DNA from: Escherichia coli
Lineage (GTDB): Bacteria; Pseudomonadota; Gammaproteobacteria; Enterobacterales; Enterobacteriaceae
Direction: 5' to 3' (one strand)
Assembly: GCF_044324875.1 (NCBI RefSeq)
Contig: NZ_CP172185.1
Length of the DNA: 64,000 bases
In this document: one piece after another, positions 1 to 13,313 of the stretch
Position numbering within the stretch: the first letter of the stretch is position 1
How the letters are laid out: every line of letters starts with the position of its first letter
The notes under the pieces: generated by a model
Told to the model about the DNA's origin: nothing
What the model saw: the letters and a program-made list of their open reading frames with translations, nothing else
Databases searched by the model: none
Translations under genes and position numbers: made by a program

Positions 1-489
1 TGCCCGACGCGTCATTAAATCCGCAGGCAACATTTTCGCTTCAATACAATGTTTTAACGTTTGTTCTATACGGTCATAACTTTCCAGACAGAGATTACGT
101 TGTGCCTGTTGCACAACAGCCATTTCTCCGACAAATTCGCATTTGTGGAATATAATCTCCATCAATAATCGACGCCGTTCTTCTGTCACCGTGGATTCAA
201 GAACATGAATTAATATCTCTCTTAATACTGAGAGTGGATCGCCAGGGAATTTTGCCTGATACTCAAGCTCTAGTTCACCAATATTGGATTCTGACAGTTC
301 CCAGATCTCACTGAACAAATCCGACTTGTCTTTAAAATGCCAGTAGATTGCACCGCGCGTAACGCCAGCTGCTTTTGCAATCTCGCCCAGCGAGGTGGAT
401 GATACCCCCTGCTGTGAGAAAAGACGTAGAGCCACATCGAGGATGTGTTGGCGCGTTTCTTGCGCTTCTTGTTTGGTTTTTCGTGCCAT
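1..489 (-). CDS. acrR: AcrR TetR-family repressor of acrAB; 3' end runs off the window start
   Basis: Reverse-strand ATG at 487-489 reads MARKTKQ..., matching E. coli AcrR; no stop before position 1; divergent from acrA. Confidence 0.9.
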
Positions 490-517
490 ATGTTCGTGAA
501 TTTACAGGCGTTAGATT

Positions 518-541
518 TACATACATTTGTGAATGTATGTA
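518..541. promoter_or_regulatory. AcrR operator, 24-bp palindrome in the acrR-acrA divergent promoter region
   Basis: tacatacatttgtgaatgtatgta is a perfect inverted repeat; this matches the AcrR binding site as I recall it. Confidence 0.8.
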
Positions 542-630
542 CCATAGCACGACGATAATATAAACGCAGCAATGGGTTTATTAACTTTTGACCATTGACC
601 AATTTGAAATCGGACACTCGAGGTTTACAT

Positions 631-1824
631 ATGAACAAAAACAGAGGGTTTACGCCTCTGGCGGTCGTTCTGATGCTCTCAGGCAGCTTAGCCCTAACAG
701 GATGTGACGACAAACAGGCCCAACAAGGTGGCCAGCAGATGCCCGCCGTTGGCGTAGTAACAGTCAAAACTGAACCTCTGCAGATCACAACCGAGCTTCC
801 GGGTCGCACCAGTGCCTACCGGATCGCAGAAGTTCGTCCTCAAGTTAGCGGGATTATCCTGAAGCGTAATTTCAAAGAAGGTAGCGACATCGAAGCAGGT
901 GTCTCTCTCTATCAGATTGATCCTGCGACCTATCAGGCGGCATACGACAGCGCGAAAGGCGATCTGGCGAAAGCCCAGGCTGCAGCCAATATCGCGCAAT
1001 TGACGGTGAATCGTTATCAGAAATTGCTCGGTACTCAGTACATCAGTAAGCAAGAGTACGATCAGGCTCTGGCTGATGCGCAACAGGCGAATGCTGCGGT
1101 CACTGCGGCGAAAGCTGCCGTTGAAACTGCGCGGATCAATCTGGCTTACACCAAAGTCACCTCTCCGATTAGCGGTCGCATTGGTAAGTCGAACGTGACA
1201 GAAGGCGCATTGGTACAGAACGGTCAGGCGACTGCGCTGGCAACCGTGCAGCAACTTGATCCGATCTACGTTGATGTGACCCAGTCCAGCAACGACTTCC
1301 TGCGCCTGAAACAGGAACTGGCAAATGGCACGCTGAAACAAGAGAACGGCAAAGCCAAAGTGTCGCTGATCACCAGTGACGGCATTAAGTTCCCGCAGGA
1401 CGGTACGCTGGAATTCTCTGACGTTACCGTTGATCAGACCACCGGGTCTATCACTCTACGCGCTATCTTCCCGAACCCGGATCACACTCTGCTGCCGGGT
1501 ATGTTCGTACGTGCACGTCTGGAAGAAGGGCTTAATCCAAACGCTATTTTAGTCCCGCAACAGGGCGTAACCCGTACGCCGCGTGGCGATGCCACCGTAC
1601 TGGTGGTTGGCGCGGATGACAAAGTGGAAACCCGTCCGATCGTTGCAAGCCAGGCTATCGGCGATAAGTGGCTGGTGACAGAAGGTCTGAAAGCAGGCGA
1701 TCGCGTAGTAATAAGTGGGCTGCAGAAAGTGCGTCCTGGTGTCCAGGTAAAAGCACAAGAAGTTACCGCTGATAATAACCAGCAAGCCGCAAGCGGTGCT
1801 CAGCCTGAACAGTCCAAGTCTTAA
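631..1824 (+). CDS. acrA: AcrA multidrug efflux periplasmic adaptor lipoprotein
   Basis: ORF 595..1824 trimmed to ATG 631 (MNKNRGFTPLAVVLMLSGSLALTGC lipobox), 397 aa; directly upstream of acrB. Confidence 0.95.
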   Translation: MNKNRGFTPLAVVLMLSGSLALTGCDDKQAQQGGQQMPAVGVVTVKTEPLQITTELPGRTSAYRIAEVRPQVSGIILKRNFKEGSDIEAGVSLYQIDPATYQAAYDSAKGDLAKAQAAANIAQLTVNRYQKLLGTQYISKQEYDQALADAQQANAAVTAAKAAVETARINLAYTKVTSPISGRIGKSNVTEGALVQNGQATALATVQQLDPIYVDVTQSSNDFLRLKQELANGTLKQENGKAKVSLITSDGIKFPQDGTLEFSDVTVDQTTGSITLRAIFPNPDHTLLPGMFVRARLEEGLNPNAILVPQQGVTRTPRGDATVLVVGADDKVETRPIVASQAIGDKWLVTEGLKAGDRVVISGLQKVRPGVQVKAQEVTADNNQQAASGAQPEQSKS

Positions 1825-1843
1825 CTTAAACAGGAGCCGTTAA

Positions 1844-4996
<3,153 letters not shown>

Positions 4997-5013
4997 TACA
5001 ACGTGTAATCACT

Positions 5014-5038
5014 AAGGCCGCGCAAGCGGCCTTTTTTA
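5014..5038 (+). terminator. Rho-independent terminator after acrB
   Basis: aggccgc / gcggcct stem followed by TTTTTT, 18 bp after the acrB stop. Confidence 0.75.
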
Positions 5039-5541
5039 TGCATAACCGACGAACATTAAGGAGTCATTGAACCACCAACTCAGGATCTCATACGAAAACC
5101 AGTATTAACCTCGCATAAAATTCATAAAAAATACTGATTGTTAGTTAATTTATATTAAGTAGCGCTAATAGATTTAATAATCCATAATCATTTAGAGGCT
5201 ATTCTTAATTATTTGCGGTAATTCTTTATTCATTCCTCGGTTATTACGTCATATTCAGAGCAATCCTGGTATTAGTGTCACCAATTTCATCTGGCGATAA
5301 TCCTGAAATGTTATGAATAGTTCGAGCAGACTGCTTTTACCTGCTGCGGGTTAGTGCTAGTATGAAAAAATGAGTCCTGTCCCGCTTCCTTCCTAATTGT
5401 AATTTTTCGTAATAATGCGATGAAAACCTGCAAAGAGTGGCTTATAGTTAAGCTAACAAACGAGAGGGCAAGTCCAGGTCAGTAAGTTTTTTCCATCCCG
5501 AAAGGTGTCCGTTAGTTCAACCACTAAGAAGGGGACGCGTT

Positions 5542-5916
5542 ATGGATGAATACTCACCCAAAAGACATGATATCGCACAGCTTAAGTTTCTCTGTGAAAC
5601 CCTGTATCATGACTGTCTTGCAAACCTTGAAGAAAGCAATCATGGCTGGGTTAACGACCCAACCTCGGCGATCAACCTCCAGTTGAATGAACTGATTGAG
5701 CATATTGCGACCTTCGCACTTAATTACAAAATTAAGTATAATGAAGACAATAAGCTCATTGAGCAGATCGACGAATATCTGGATGACACCTTTATGTTGT
5801 TCAGCAGTTATGGTATTAATATGCAGGATCTTCAGAAATGGCGGAAGTCAGGTAATCGACTATTCCGTTGTTTTGTCAATGCGACGAAAGAGAATCCTGC
5901 GAGTTTATCTTGTTAG
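5542..5916 (+). CDS. tomB: TomB (YbaJ), Hha-associated biofilm modulator
   Basis: 124-aa [28 protein letters not shown]... immediately upstream of hha. Confidence 0.93.
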
Positions 5917-5941
5917 AATTATTACAACCATGGGTAGAAGT

Positions 5942-6160
5942 ATGTCCGAAAAACCTTTAACAAAAACCGATTATTTAATGCGTTTACGTCGTTGCCAGAC
6001 AATTGACACGCTGGAGCGTGTTATCGAGAAAAATAAATACGAATTATCAGATAATGAACTGGCGGTATTTTACTCAGCCGCAGATCACCGCCTCGCCGAA
6101 TTGACCATGAATAAACTGTACGACAAGATCCCTTCCTCAGTATGGAAATTTATTCGCTAA
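5942..6160 (+). CDS. hha: Hha haemolysin expression modulator, H-NS partner
   Basis: ORF 5696..6160 trimmed to ATG 5942: [39 protein letters not shown]..., 72 aa. Confidence 0.95.
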
Positions 6161-6331
6161 TAAATAATTCGCCTTCGGAGCTATAACCGGCTGTTTATTA
6201 AGAATTTTATACTTTTTCGCCATGAAGACATACCCTATGTGATCTTTATCACACAGATGTAATGGGAACGTTCTCTTCACTGACTTTTCGTCTTACTGTG
6301 TTGCCGCATTTTCAGCAACCGGAGGTCAGTA

Positions 6332-6883
6332 ATGAGCACAGAAAAAGAAAAGATGATTGCTGGTGAGTTGTATCGCTCGGCAGATGAGACGTTATCTCGC
6401 GATCGCCTGCGCGCTCGTCAGCTTATTCTCCGATACAATCATTCCCTGGCGGAAGAGCACACATTACGCCAGCAAATTCTCACTGATTTATTCGGTCAGG
6501 TGACAGAGGCTTATATTGAGCCAACGTTTCGCTGTGATTATGGCTATAACATTTTTCTCGGCAATAATTTTTTCGCCAACTTCGATTGCGTGATGCTTGA
6601 TGTCTGCCCTATTCGCATCGGTGATAACTGTATGTTGGCACCAGGCGTTCATATCTACACGGCAACACATCCCATCGACCCTGTAGCACGTAATAGCGGT
6701 GCTGAACTGGGGAAACCCGTCACCATCGGTAATAACGTCTGGATTGGCGGACGCGCGGTCATTAACCCTGGTGTGACCATTGGTGATAACGTCGTGGTAG
6801 CCTCAGGTGCAGTTGTCACAAAAGATGTCCCGGACAACGTTGTCGTGGGCGGTAATCCAGCCAGAATAATTAAAAAATTGTAA
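6332..6883 (+). CDS. maa: Maltose O-acetyltransferase (hexapeptide-repeat acyltransferase)
   Basis: 183-aa ORF with hexapeptide-repeat C-terminus ([14 protein letters not shown]...[13 protein letters not shown]...). Confidence 0.93.
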   Translation: MSTEKEKMIAGELYRSADETLSRDRLRARQLILRYNHSLAEEHTLRQQILTDLFGQVTEAYIEPTFRCDYGYNIFLGNNFFANFDCVMLDVCPIRIGDNCMLAPGVHIYTATHPIDPVARNSGAELGKPVTIGNNVWIGGRAVINPGVTIGDNVVVASGAVVTKDVPDNVVVGGNPARIIKKL

Positions 6884-6999
6884 TCGGTTTTTTCGCAACT
6901 GTTATGCAAAATTGTGGCAAATCTGTTACTTCCCCTCTACTATTCCCACGTTAAAATAGGGTGTTCCCTGGAAAGTTGCAGATACCACGAAGGCAAACG

Positions 7000-7470
7000 A
7001 TGACCGAAATACAACGCCTGCTGACCGAAACAATTGAGTCTCTAAATACCCGCGAAAAACGCGACAACAAACCCCGCTTTAGTATCAGTTTTATCCGTAA
7101 ACATCCGGGGCTGTTTATCGGTATGTACGTTGCTTTTTTTGCCACCCTGGCAGTGATGTTGCAGTCCGAAACGCTGTCAGGCTCTGTCTGGCTACTGGTT
7201 GTATTATTTATCCTGCTTAATGGTTTCTTCTTTTTCGATGTCTACCCACGCTACCGCTATGAAGATATCGACGTGCTGGATTTCCGCGTTTGCTATAACG
7301 GCGAATGGTACAACACGCGCTTTGTACCTGCCGCGCTGGTTGAAGCCATCTTGAACTCTCCGCGTGTCGCGGATGTTCATAAAGAACAACTGCAAAAAAT
7401 GATCGTCCGTAAAGGTGAACTGTCTTTTTACGATATTTTTACCCTCGCTCGCGCCGAATCAACATCTTAA
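7000..7470 (+). CDS. ylaC: YlaC inner membrane protein (DUF1449)
   Basis: ORF 6961..7470 (GTG-initiated in track) trimmed to ATG 7000, [22 protein letters not shown]..., 156 aa; two hydrophobic helices. Confidence 0.85.
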
Positions 7471-7627
7471 GTTAGGGTTACATACCAGGCGTAAAGCTCT
7501 GCGCCTGGTCAAATGACAACGTTCGTTTCCACCCATCCCTTCATGAAATCCCGGCTCTACCTCCTTATCTCCTGCCAGCCTTTTTCCACAATCGGATATA
7601 CTTTCTCTACACTGTGTTAATAAGGAT

Positions 7628-9184
7628 ATGCTGGTGAGAACACGACATCTGGTCGGCCTTATTTCGGGAGTGCTGATTCTTTCAGTATTGCTGCCTGTCG
7701 GCTTAAGCATCTGGCTGGCCCATCAGCAGGTAGAAACATCATTTATTGAAGAGCTGAATACGTATTCCTCCCGCGTCGCTATTCGGGCCAATAAGGTGGC
7801 GACACAAGGGAAAGATGCGCTGCAAGAGCTGGAAAGATGGCAAGGCGCTGCCTGTAGCGAAGCCCATCTCATGGAAATGCGTCGGGTATCTTACAGTTAT
7901 CGCTATATTCAGGAAGTGGTTTATATCGATAACAACGTTCCCCAGTGTTCGTCTCTGGAGCATGAAAGCCCGCCCGATACCTTCCCCGAGCCAGGTAAAA
8001 TTTCGAAAGATGGTTATCGTGTCTGGTTAACATCGCATAACGATTTAGGCATTATCCGTTACATGGTTGCCATGGGAATGGCACATTATGTCGTCATGAT
8101 CGACCCCGCTTCCTTTATTGATGTCATTCCCTATAGCTCATGGCAAATTGATGCCGCCATTATTGGTAATGCCCATAACGTTGTGATAACCAGCAGCGAT
8201 GAAATTGCTCAGGGAATTATTACCAGACTACAAAAAACACCCGGTGAGCATATCGAAAATAATGGAATCATTTACGATATCCTGCCCTTCCCGGAAATGA
8301 ATATTTCGATCATCACCTGGGCTTCAACGAAAATGTTGCAGAAAGGCTGGCATCGGCAAGTCTTTATTTGGTTACCGCTCGGGTTGGTGATTGGCCTACT
8401 GGCAGCAATGTTTGTGCTGCGTATTTTGCGCCGTATCCAGTCACCGCATCATCGGCTGCAGGATGCTATTGAAAATCGTGATATTTGCGTGCACTATCAG
8501 CCGATTGTCTCCTTAGCCAATGGCAAAATTGTCGGTGCTGAGGCACTGGCGCGCTGGCCGCAGACAGACGGTAGTTGGTTATCACCAGATAGTTTTATTC
8601 CGCTGGCACAGCAAACGAGCCTTTCTGAGCCATTGACGCTACTGATTATAAGAAGCGTCTTTGAAGATATGGGCGACTGGCTGCGTCAGCATCCGCAGCA
8701 GCATATTTCGATCAATCTTGAATCCACCGTGCTCACCTCGGAAAAAATCCCGCAATTGCTGCGTGAAATGATCAATCACTATCAGGTTAATCCCAGACAG
8801 ATCGCGCTTGAACTCACTGAACGCGAGTTTGCCGATCCGAAAACCAGCGCCCCGATAATTTCTCGCTACCGGGAGGCGGGCCATGAAATTTATCTTGATG
8901 ATTTTGGTACGGGGTATTCAAGTTTAAGTTATTTACAGGATCTGGATGTCGACATTCTGAAGATCGATAAATCTTTCGTTGATGCGCTGGAATATAAAAA
9001 TGTCACGCCGCATATCATCGAAATGGCAAAAACACTGAAACTGAAAATGGTAGCGGAGGGAATCGAAACCAGTAAGCAAGAAGAGTGGTTACGCCAGCAT
9101 GGCGTGCACTACGGTCAGGGCTGGCTCTACAGCAAGGCATTACCGAAAGAAGATTTCTTACGCTGGGCCGAGCAACATTTGTGA
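7628..9184 (+). CDS. pdeB: c-di-GMP phosphodiesterase PdeB (YlaB), periplasmic sensor plus EAL domain
   Basis: 518-aa ORF; N-terminal TM helix, second TM, C-terminal EAL domain; true start may be the GTG at 7634 (516 aa). Confidence 0.9.
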   Translation: MLVRTRHLVGLISGVLILSVLLPVGLSIWLAHQQVETSFIEELNTYSSRVAIRANKVATQGKDALQELERWQGAACSEAHLMEMRRVSYSYRYIQEVVYIDNNVPQCSSLEHESPPDTFPEPGKISKDGYRVWLTSHNDLGIIRYMVAMGMAHYVVMIDPASFIDVIPYSSWQIDAAIIGNAHNVVITSSDEIAQGIITRLQKTPGEHIENNGIIYDILPFPEMNISIITWASTKMLQKGWHRQVFIWLPLGLVIGLLAAMFVLRILRRIQSPHHRLQDAIENRDICVHYQPIVSLANGKIVGAEALARWPQTDGSWLSPDSFIPLAQQTSLSEPLTLLIIRSVFEDMGDWLRQHPQQHISINLESTVLTSEKIPQLLREMINHYQVNPRQIALELTEREFADPKTSAPIISRYREAGHEIYLDDFGTGYSSLSYLQDLDVDILKIDKSFVDALEYKNVTPHIIEMAKTLKLKMVAEGIETSKQEEWLRQHGVHYGQGWLYSKALPKEDFLRWAEQHL

Positions 9185-9225
9185 ATTGTAGGGCTGACGG
9201 CACGCCGCACAGCCCGTCACGCTAC

Positions 9226-9579
9226 CTATTCGTCGATGATTGACTCGAATCCGCCATAAATCATTCGCTTACCATCAAACGGCATGGACTCGCCGAACTC
9301 TTTCATCCGTGGGTCCGACATCATCTTTTGATTAGCAGCGTCGCGGACCTCTTTTGAGGGGTATTCAATCCAGCTAAAGACAACCTCTTCATTCTCTTCA
9401 GCTTTTACCGCCATACGAAAATCGGTCACTTTGCCATCAGGTACATCGCTGGCCCAGCATTCGACAATACGAAGCGCGCCAAACTCTTTAAACAATGGCG
9501 CAGCCTTAGCAGCCATTTCCCGATAGGCATCCTTTTTATCGGCAGGAACGGCAACCACAAAACCATCAACATACTTCAT
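9226..9579 (-). CDS. ybaA: YbaA, DUF1428 family protein
   Basis: 117-aa ORF MKYVDGFVVAVPADKKDAYREMAAKAAPLFKEFGA... Confidence 0.9.
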   Translation of the reverse strand: MKYVDGFVVAVPADKKDAYREMAAKAAPLFKEFGALRIVECWASDVPDGKVTDFRMAVKAEENEEVVFSWIEYPSKEVRDAANQKMMSDPRMKEFGESMPFDGKRMIYGGFESIIDE

Positions 9580-9689
9580 CAGACATACCTCCGAAGCGTA
9601 CTGCGCAGCCAGACAATTCTTGCGACGTCAGTTGTGGTTAAAGTTTAGCCATATTGGGATTTTTTGACGAAACGGGGGGAGGCAGAAAT

Positions 9690-9803
9690 GGGTGGGGGCC
9701 CTGCCAGCTACATCCCGGCACACGCGTCATCTGCCTTGGCTGCTTCCTTCCGGACCTGACCTGGTAAACAGAGTAGCGTTGCGGGAGAACCAACAGAGCC
9801 CCC
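9690..9803 (-). ncRNA. ffs: 4.5S RNA, signal recognition particle RNA
   Basis: Reverse complement of 9690-9803 reads GGGGGCTCTGTTGGTTCTCCCGCAACGC...GGCAGGGCCCCCACCC, the 114-nt E. coli 4.5S RNA as recalled; located between ybaA and atl as in K-12. Confidence 0.93.
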
Positions 9804-9879
9804 ATTGAGAGCGTTGAGAACCAACGCGCAGGCGCATTATCACTGCTGCCCCGGCTAATTGCAACCCATTGCGTGCCGG

Positions 9880-10269
9880 ATGCTGGTTTCTTGCGCAATG
9901 CGACTTCACTCGGGCGTTTTTCCAGATTATGCTGAAAAATTACCTCAGGAAGAAAAGATGGAAAAAGAAGATTCATTTCCCCAACGCGTCTGGCAAATCG
10001 TCGCCGCTATTCCCGAAGGCTATGTCACCACTTACGGTGATGTGGCGAAACTGGCAGGATCGCCCCGCGCCGCGCGCCAGGTGGGCGGTGTGTTAAAGCG
10101 TCTCCCTGAAGGCAGCACCTTGCCCTGGCACCGGGTGGTTAATCGCCACGGCACAATTTCGCTAACCGGACCGGATTTACAGCGTCAACGACAGGCATTA
10201 CTGGCAGAAGGTGTGATGGTATCGGGAAGCGGGCAAATCGACTTGCAGCGTTATCGCTGGAACTACTAA
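9880..10269 (+). CDS. atl: Atl (YbaZ) alkyltransferase-like DNA-binding protein
   Basis: ORF 9859..10269 (TTG in track) trimmed to ATG 9880, MLVSCAMRLHSGVFPD..., 129 aa. Confidence 0.88.
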   Translation: MLVSCAMRLHSGVFPDYAEKLPQEEKMEKEDSFPQRVWQIVAAIPEGYVTTYGDVAKLAGSPRAARQVGGVLKRLPEGSTLPWHRVVNRHGTISLTGPDLQRQRQALLAEGVMVSGSGQIDLQRYRWNY

Positions 10270-10292
10270 CCCTCTCCGGGCGGAGAGGGTTA
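10270..10292. terminator. Hairpin between convergent atl and ybaY, probable bidirectional terminator
   Basis: ccctctccg gg cggagaggg, a perfect 9-bp stem immediately after the atl stop; weak U-tract. Confidence 0.55.
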
Positions 10293-10299
10293 ACTGCGC

Positions 10300-10872
10300 T
10301 TAATATTGCGTAGGAGCTGGAACTGCCGAAGACGGATTCACCTGAGTTGGTGAAGTTGAAGGTACGGTAGTCGTTGCGCCACCGCTGGCCTGAACCGGCA
10401 CGGCGGTTTGCTGCACCGGCACCAATGTCAGGTCGGCTTTAGTTCCGCCCTTGTTGATAACCGGCTGAACGGTATCGGTAATAAATACCAGTTTGTCATT
10501 CACGGTAATCGCCGCACTCAACAGAATACGCGCGTTCGGCTGAACATCTGCCGGGTTAAATGGCAGAACAAAGCTAAATGGTGACTGTTTACCTTCGGTA
10601 CGCACCGCTTTCTGCGCCAGCACTTTTGACGGTGCATCGGCTAACGACGCGTCAGAAAGTGTCACGGTCAGCACAGCATCAGGCGGCAGTGCGACTTTCT
10701 GACGGATCCAGACGGTACCGGAGACATTCGGTTGCTGGATAGCAGGTTGTTGTGTTGCTGAAATAGACGTATTTGCAGCCGGTGCTGGCGTCTGAATATC
10801 CGCGCTTTTATCTGCGCAAGCCGCCAACGCAATCGCAACCGCTAAACCACTGGCCATGTGCACGAGTTTCAT
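10300..10872 (-). CDS. ybaY: YbaY outer-membrane lipoprotein
   Basis: 190-aa ORF MKLVHMASGLAVAIALAACADKS... with signal peptide and lipobox Cys. Confidence 0.9.
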   Translation of the reverse strand: MKLVHMASGLAVAIALAACADKSADIQTPAPAANTSISATQQPAIQQPNVSGTVWIRQKVALPPDAVLTVTLSDASLADAPSKVLAQKAVRTEGKQSPFSFVLPFNPADVQPNARILLSAAITVNDKLVFITDTVQPVINKGGTKADLTLVPVQQTAVPVQASGGATTTVPSTSPTQVNPSSAVPAPTQY

Positions 10873-11088
10873 TCACTTCTCCTTATTATCAATGCACCAG
10901 CGGGCTAACTTTCCTCGCCGGAGAGTGGTTAACAAAATAGTAACGTCAACAAGTGTGGCACACATCACGCATTTCTGCCTGTAATTAGCCCGTAATTCAG
11001 ACCATTGCACCCATCGGACCAGTGGCAAATTTGCGTTATACTCAACTCACTTTGGCTTGCTGCGGCAGCTTTGTTACTGGAGAGTTAT

Positions 11089-11949
11089 ATGAGTCAGGCG
11101 CTAAAAAATTTACTGACATTGTTAAATCTGGAAAAAATTGAGGAAGGACTCTTTCGCGGCCAGAGTGAAGATTTAGGTTTACGCCAGGTGTTTGGCGGCC
11201 AGGTCGTGGGTCAGGCCTTGTATGCTGCAAAAGAGACCGTCCCTGAAGAGCGGCTGGTACATTCGTTTCACAGCTACTTTCTTCGCCCAGGCGATAGTAA
11301 GAAACCGATTATTTATGATGTCGAAACGCTGCGTGACGGTAACAGCTTCAGCGCCCGCCGGGTTGCTGCTATTCAAAACGGCAAACCGATTTTTTATATG
11401 ACTGCCTCTTTCCAGGCACCAGAAGCGGGTTTCGAACATCAAAAAACAATGCCGTCCGCGCCAGCGCCTGATGGCCTGCCTTCGGAAACGCAAATCGCCC
11501 AATCGCTGGCGCACCTGCTGCCGCCAGTGCTGAAAGATAAATTCATCTGCGATCGTCCGCTTGAAGTCCGTCCGGTGGAGTTTCATAACCCACTGAAAGG
11601 GCACGTCGCAGAACCGCATCGTCAGGTGTGGATCCGCGCAAATGGTAGCGTGCCGGATGATCTGCGCGTTCATCAGTATCTGCTCGGTTACGCTTCTGAT
11701 CTTAACTTCCTGCCGGTAGCTCTACAGCCGCACGGCATCGGTTTTCTCGAACCGGGGATTCAGATTGCCACCATTGACCATTCCATGTGGTTCCATCGCC
11801 CGTTTAATTTGAATGAATGGCTGCTGTATAGCGTGGAGAGCACCTCGGCGTCCAGCGCACGCGGCTTTGTGCGCGGTGAGTTTTATACCCAGGACGGCGT
11901 GCTGGTTGCCTCGACCGTTCAGGAAGGGGTGATGCGTAATCACAATTAA
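11089..11949 (+). CDS. tesB: Acyl-CoA thioesterase II
   Basis: ORF 11005..11949 trimmed to ATG 11089, [31 protein letters not shown]..., 286 aa. Confidence 0.95.
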
Positions 11950-11954
11950 AAAAA

Positions 11955-11988
11955 TAGCCGGAGGTGAAAACCGTCCGGCTGTTTTTTG
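11955..11988. terminator. Bidirectional rho-independent terminator between convergent tesB and amtB
   Basis: agccgga...tccggct stem flanked by an A-run upstream and TTTTTT downstream. Confidence 0.7.
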
Positions 11989-11997
11989 CAGTGCTTG

Positions 11998-13284
11998 TTA
12001 CGCGTTATAGGCATTCTCGCCGTGGCTGTTGACGTCCAGCCCTTCTCGCTCTTGTTCTTCCGGCACACGCAGGCCAACCGTCAGATCCGCCAGTTTGTAG
12101 CCAATAAATGCCACCACACCGGACCAGACGATCGTAATGGCGATGCTTTCCAGCTGTACCAGCAACTGATGGCCCATCGTCACACCTTCAGCTAAGCCCA
12201 CGCCACCCAGCGAACTGGCGGCAAAAATCCCGGTCATGATACAGCCGACAATGCCACAAACGCCGTGCACACCGAAGACATCGCAGGGATCATCCACCCG
12301 CAGCAAGCGTTTGAGCATGGTAACGCCCCACAAGCCCGCTAGACCCGCTACCACGCCGATAATCAACGCGCCGCCAACCCCAATGTAGCCACAGGCTGGC
12401 GTCACGCCGACCAGACCGGCAATCGCGCCTGAACACGCTCCCAGCAGTGAAGGCTTACCACGCAGCGCCCATTCACCGAAGATCCAGCCAAGAATTGCCG
12501 CCGCCGTTGCGACCACAGTATTCACAAATGCCAGTGCTGCGATTTCATTCGCCGTGCCCGCTGACCCGGCGTTAAAGCCAAACCAACCGATATAGAGAAT
12601 GGCAGTCCCGGTGAAGACCATCGGCAGGTTGTGCGGTTTAAACGCCTCTTTGCCGAAGCCCACGCGTTTGCCTATCAGATATGCGCCCACCAGACCGGCG
12701 ATTGCGGCGTTAATGTGCACCACGGTGCCACCCGCGAAATCCAGTGCACCGTGAGAAGCCAGCAAACCGCCGCCCCAGACCATATGCGCAATCGGAATGT
12801 AAGAGAGCGTCAGCCATACCACCACGAAAATCAACACAGCTGAGAAGCGGATTCGTTCCGCCAGCGCCCCAACTATCAAGCCTACGGTAATGCAGGCAAA
12901 CGATCCCTGAAACGCTACGTGGATATACTGATAAATGCTGCCCATCACCGCCGTCAGTTCGATGTTTTTCAGCATCAACCAGTTAATGTTGCCGAAGAAG
13001 TTGTTTCCCTCACCAAACGCCAGCGAGTAACCGTAAACCACCCAGAGAATACAGACCAGTGCAAACGTCACCGTCACCTGCGTCAGCATCGACAGCACGT
13101 TTTTGCCGCGAATCAACCCACCGTAAAACAGGGCAATCCCCGGAATAGTCATAAACAGCACCAGCGCAGTACAAATCATCATAAACGCATTGTCGGCTTT
13201 ATCGGCCACCGCAGGTGCAGCCATTACCAGTCCCGGCAGCATCGCCAGTGAAGCAAGCCCAGTTTTTATCGTCGCTATCTTCAT
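11998..13284 (-). CDS. amtB: Ammonium channel AmtB
   Basis: 428-aa ORF MKIATIKTGLASLAMLPGLVMAAPAVADKADNAFMMICTALVLFMTIPG... Confidence 0.97.
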   Translation of the reverse strand: MKIATIKTGLASLAMLPGLVMAAPAVADKADNAFMMICTALVLFMTIPGIALFYGGLIRGKNVLSMLTQVTVTFALVCILWVVYGYSLAFGEGNNFFGNINWLMLKNIELTAVMGSIYQYIHVAFQGSFACITVGLIVGALAERIRFSAVLIFVVVWLTLSYIPIAHMVWGGGLLASHGALDFAGGTVVHINAAIAGLVGAYLIGKRVGFGKEAFKPHNLPMVFTGTAILYIGWFGFNAGSAGTANEIAALAFVNTVVATAAAILGWIFGEWALRGKPSLLGACSGAIAGLVGVTPACGYIGVGGALIIGVVAGLAGLWGVTMLKRLLRVDDPCDVFGVHGVCGIVGCIMTGIFAASSLGGVGLAEGVTMGHQLLVQLESIAITIVWSGVVAFIGYKLADLTVGLRVPEEQEREGLDVNSHGENAYNA

Positions 13285-13313
13285 TTTTCGTTCCTGTTGC
13301 TGTGTGCCAGAGA

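Noticed and set aside
270-809. 179-aa reverse-strand ORF overlapping the acrR 5' end and acrA 5' end
   Set aside because: Wrong frame relative to acrR; it crosses the divergent promoter and operator, so it is not a plausible gene.
9638-9976. 112-aa reverse-strand ORF (and 60-aa ORF 9727..9909) in the ybaA-atl spacer
   Set aside because: Overlaps the 4.5S RNA gene ffs; the RNA explains the conserved sequence.
11005-11088. N-terminal extensions in track ORFs (example: tesB +28 aa)
   Set aside because: Extensions do not match the known proteins as I recall them and lack SD support; trimmed to the internal start.
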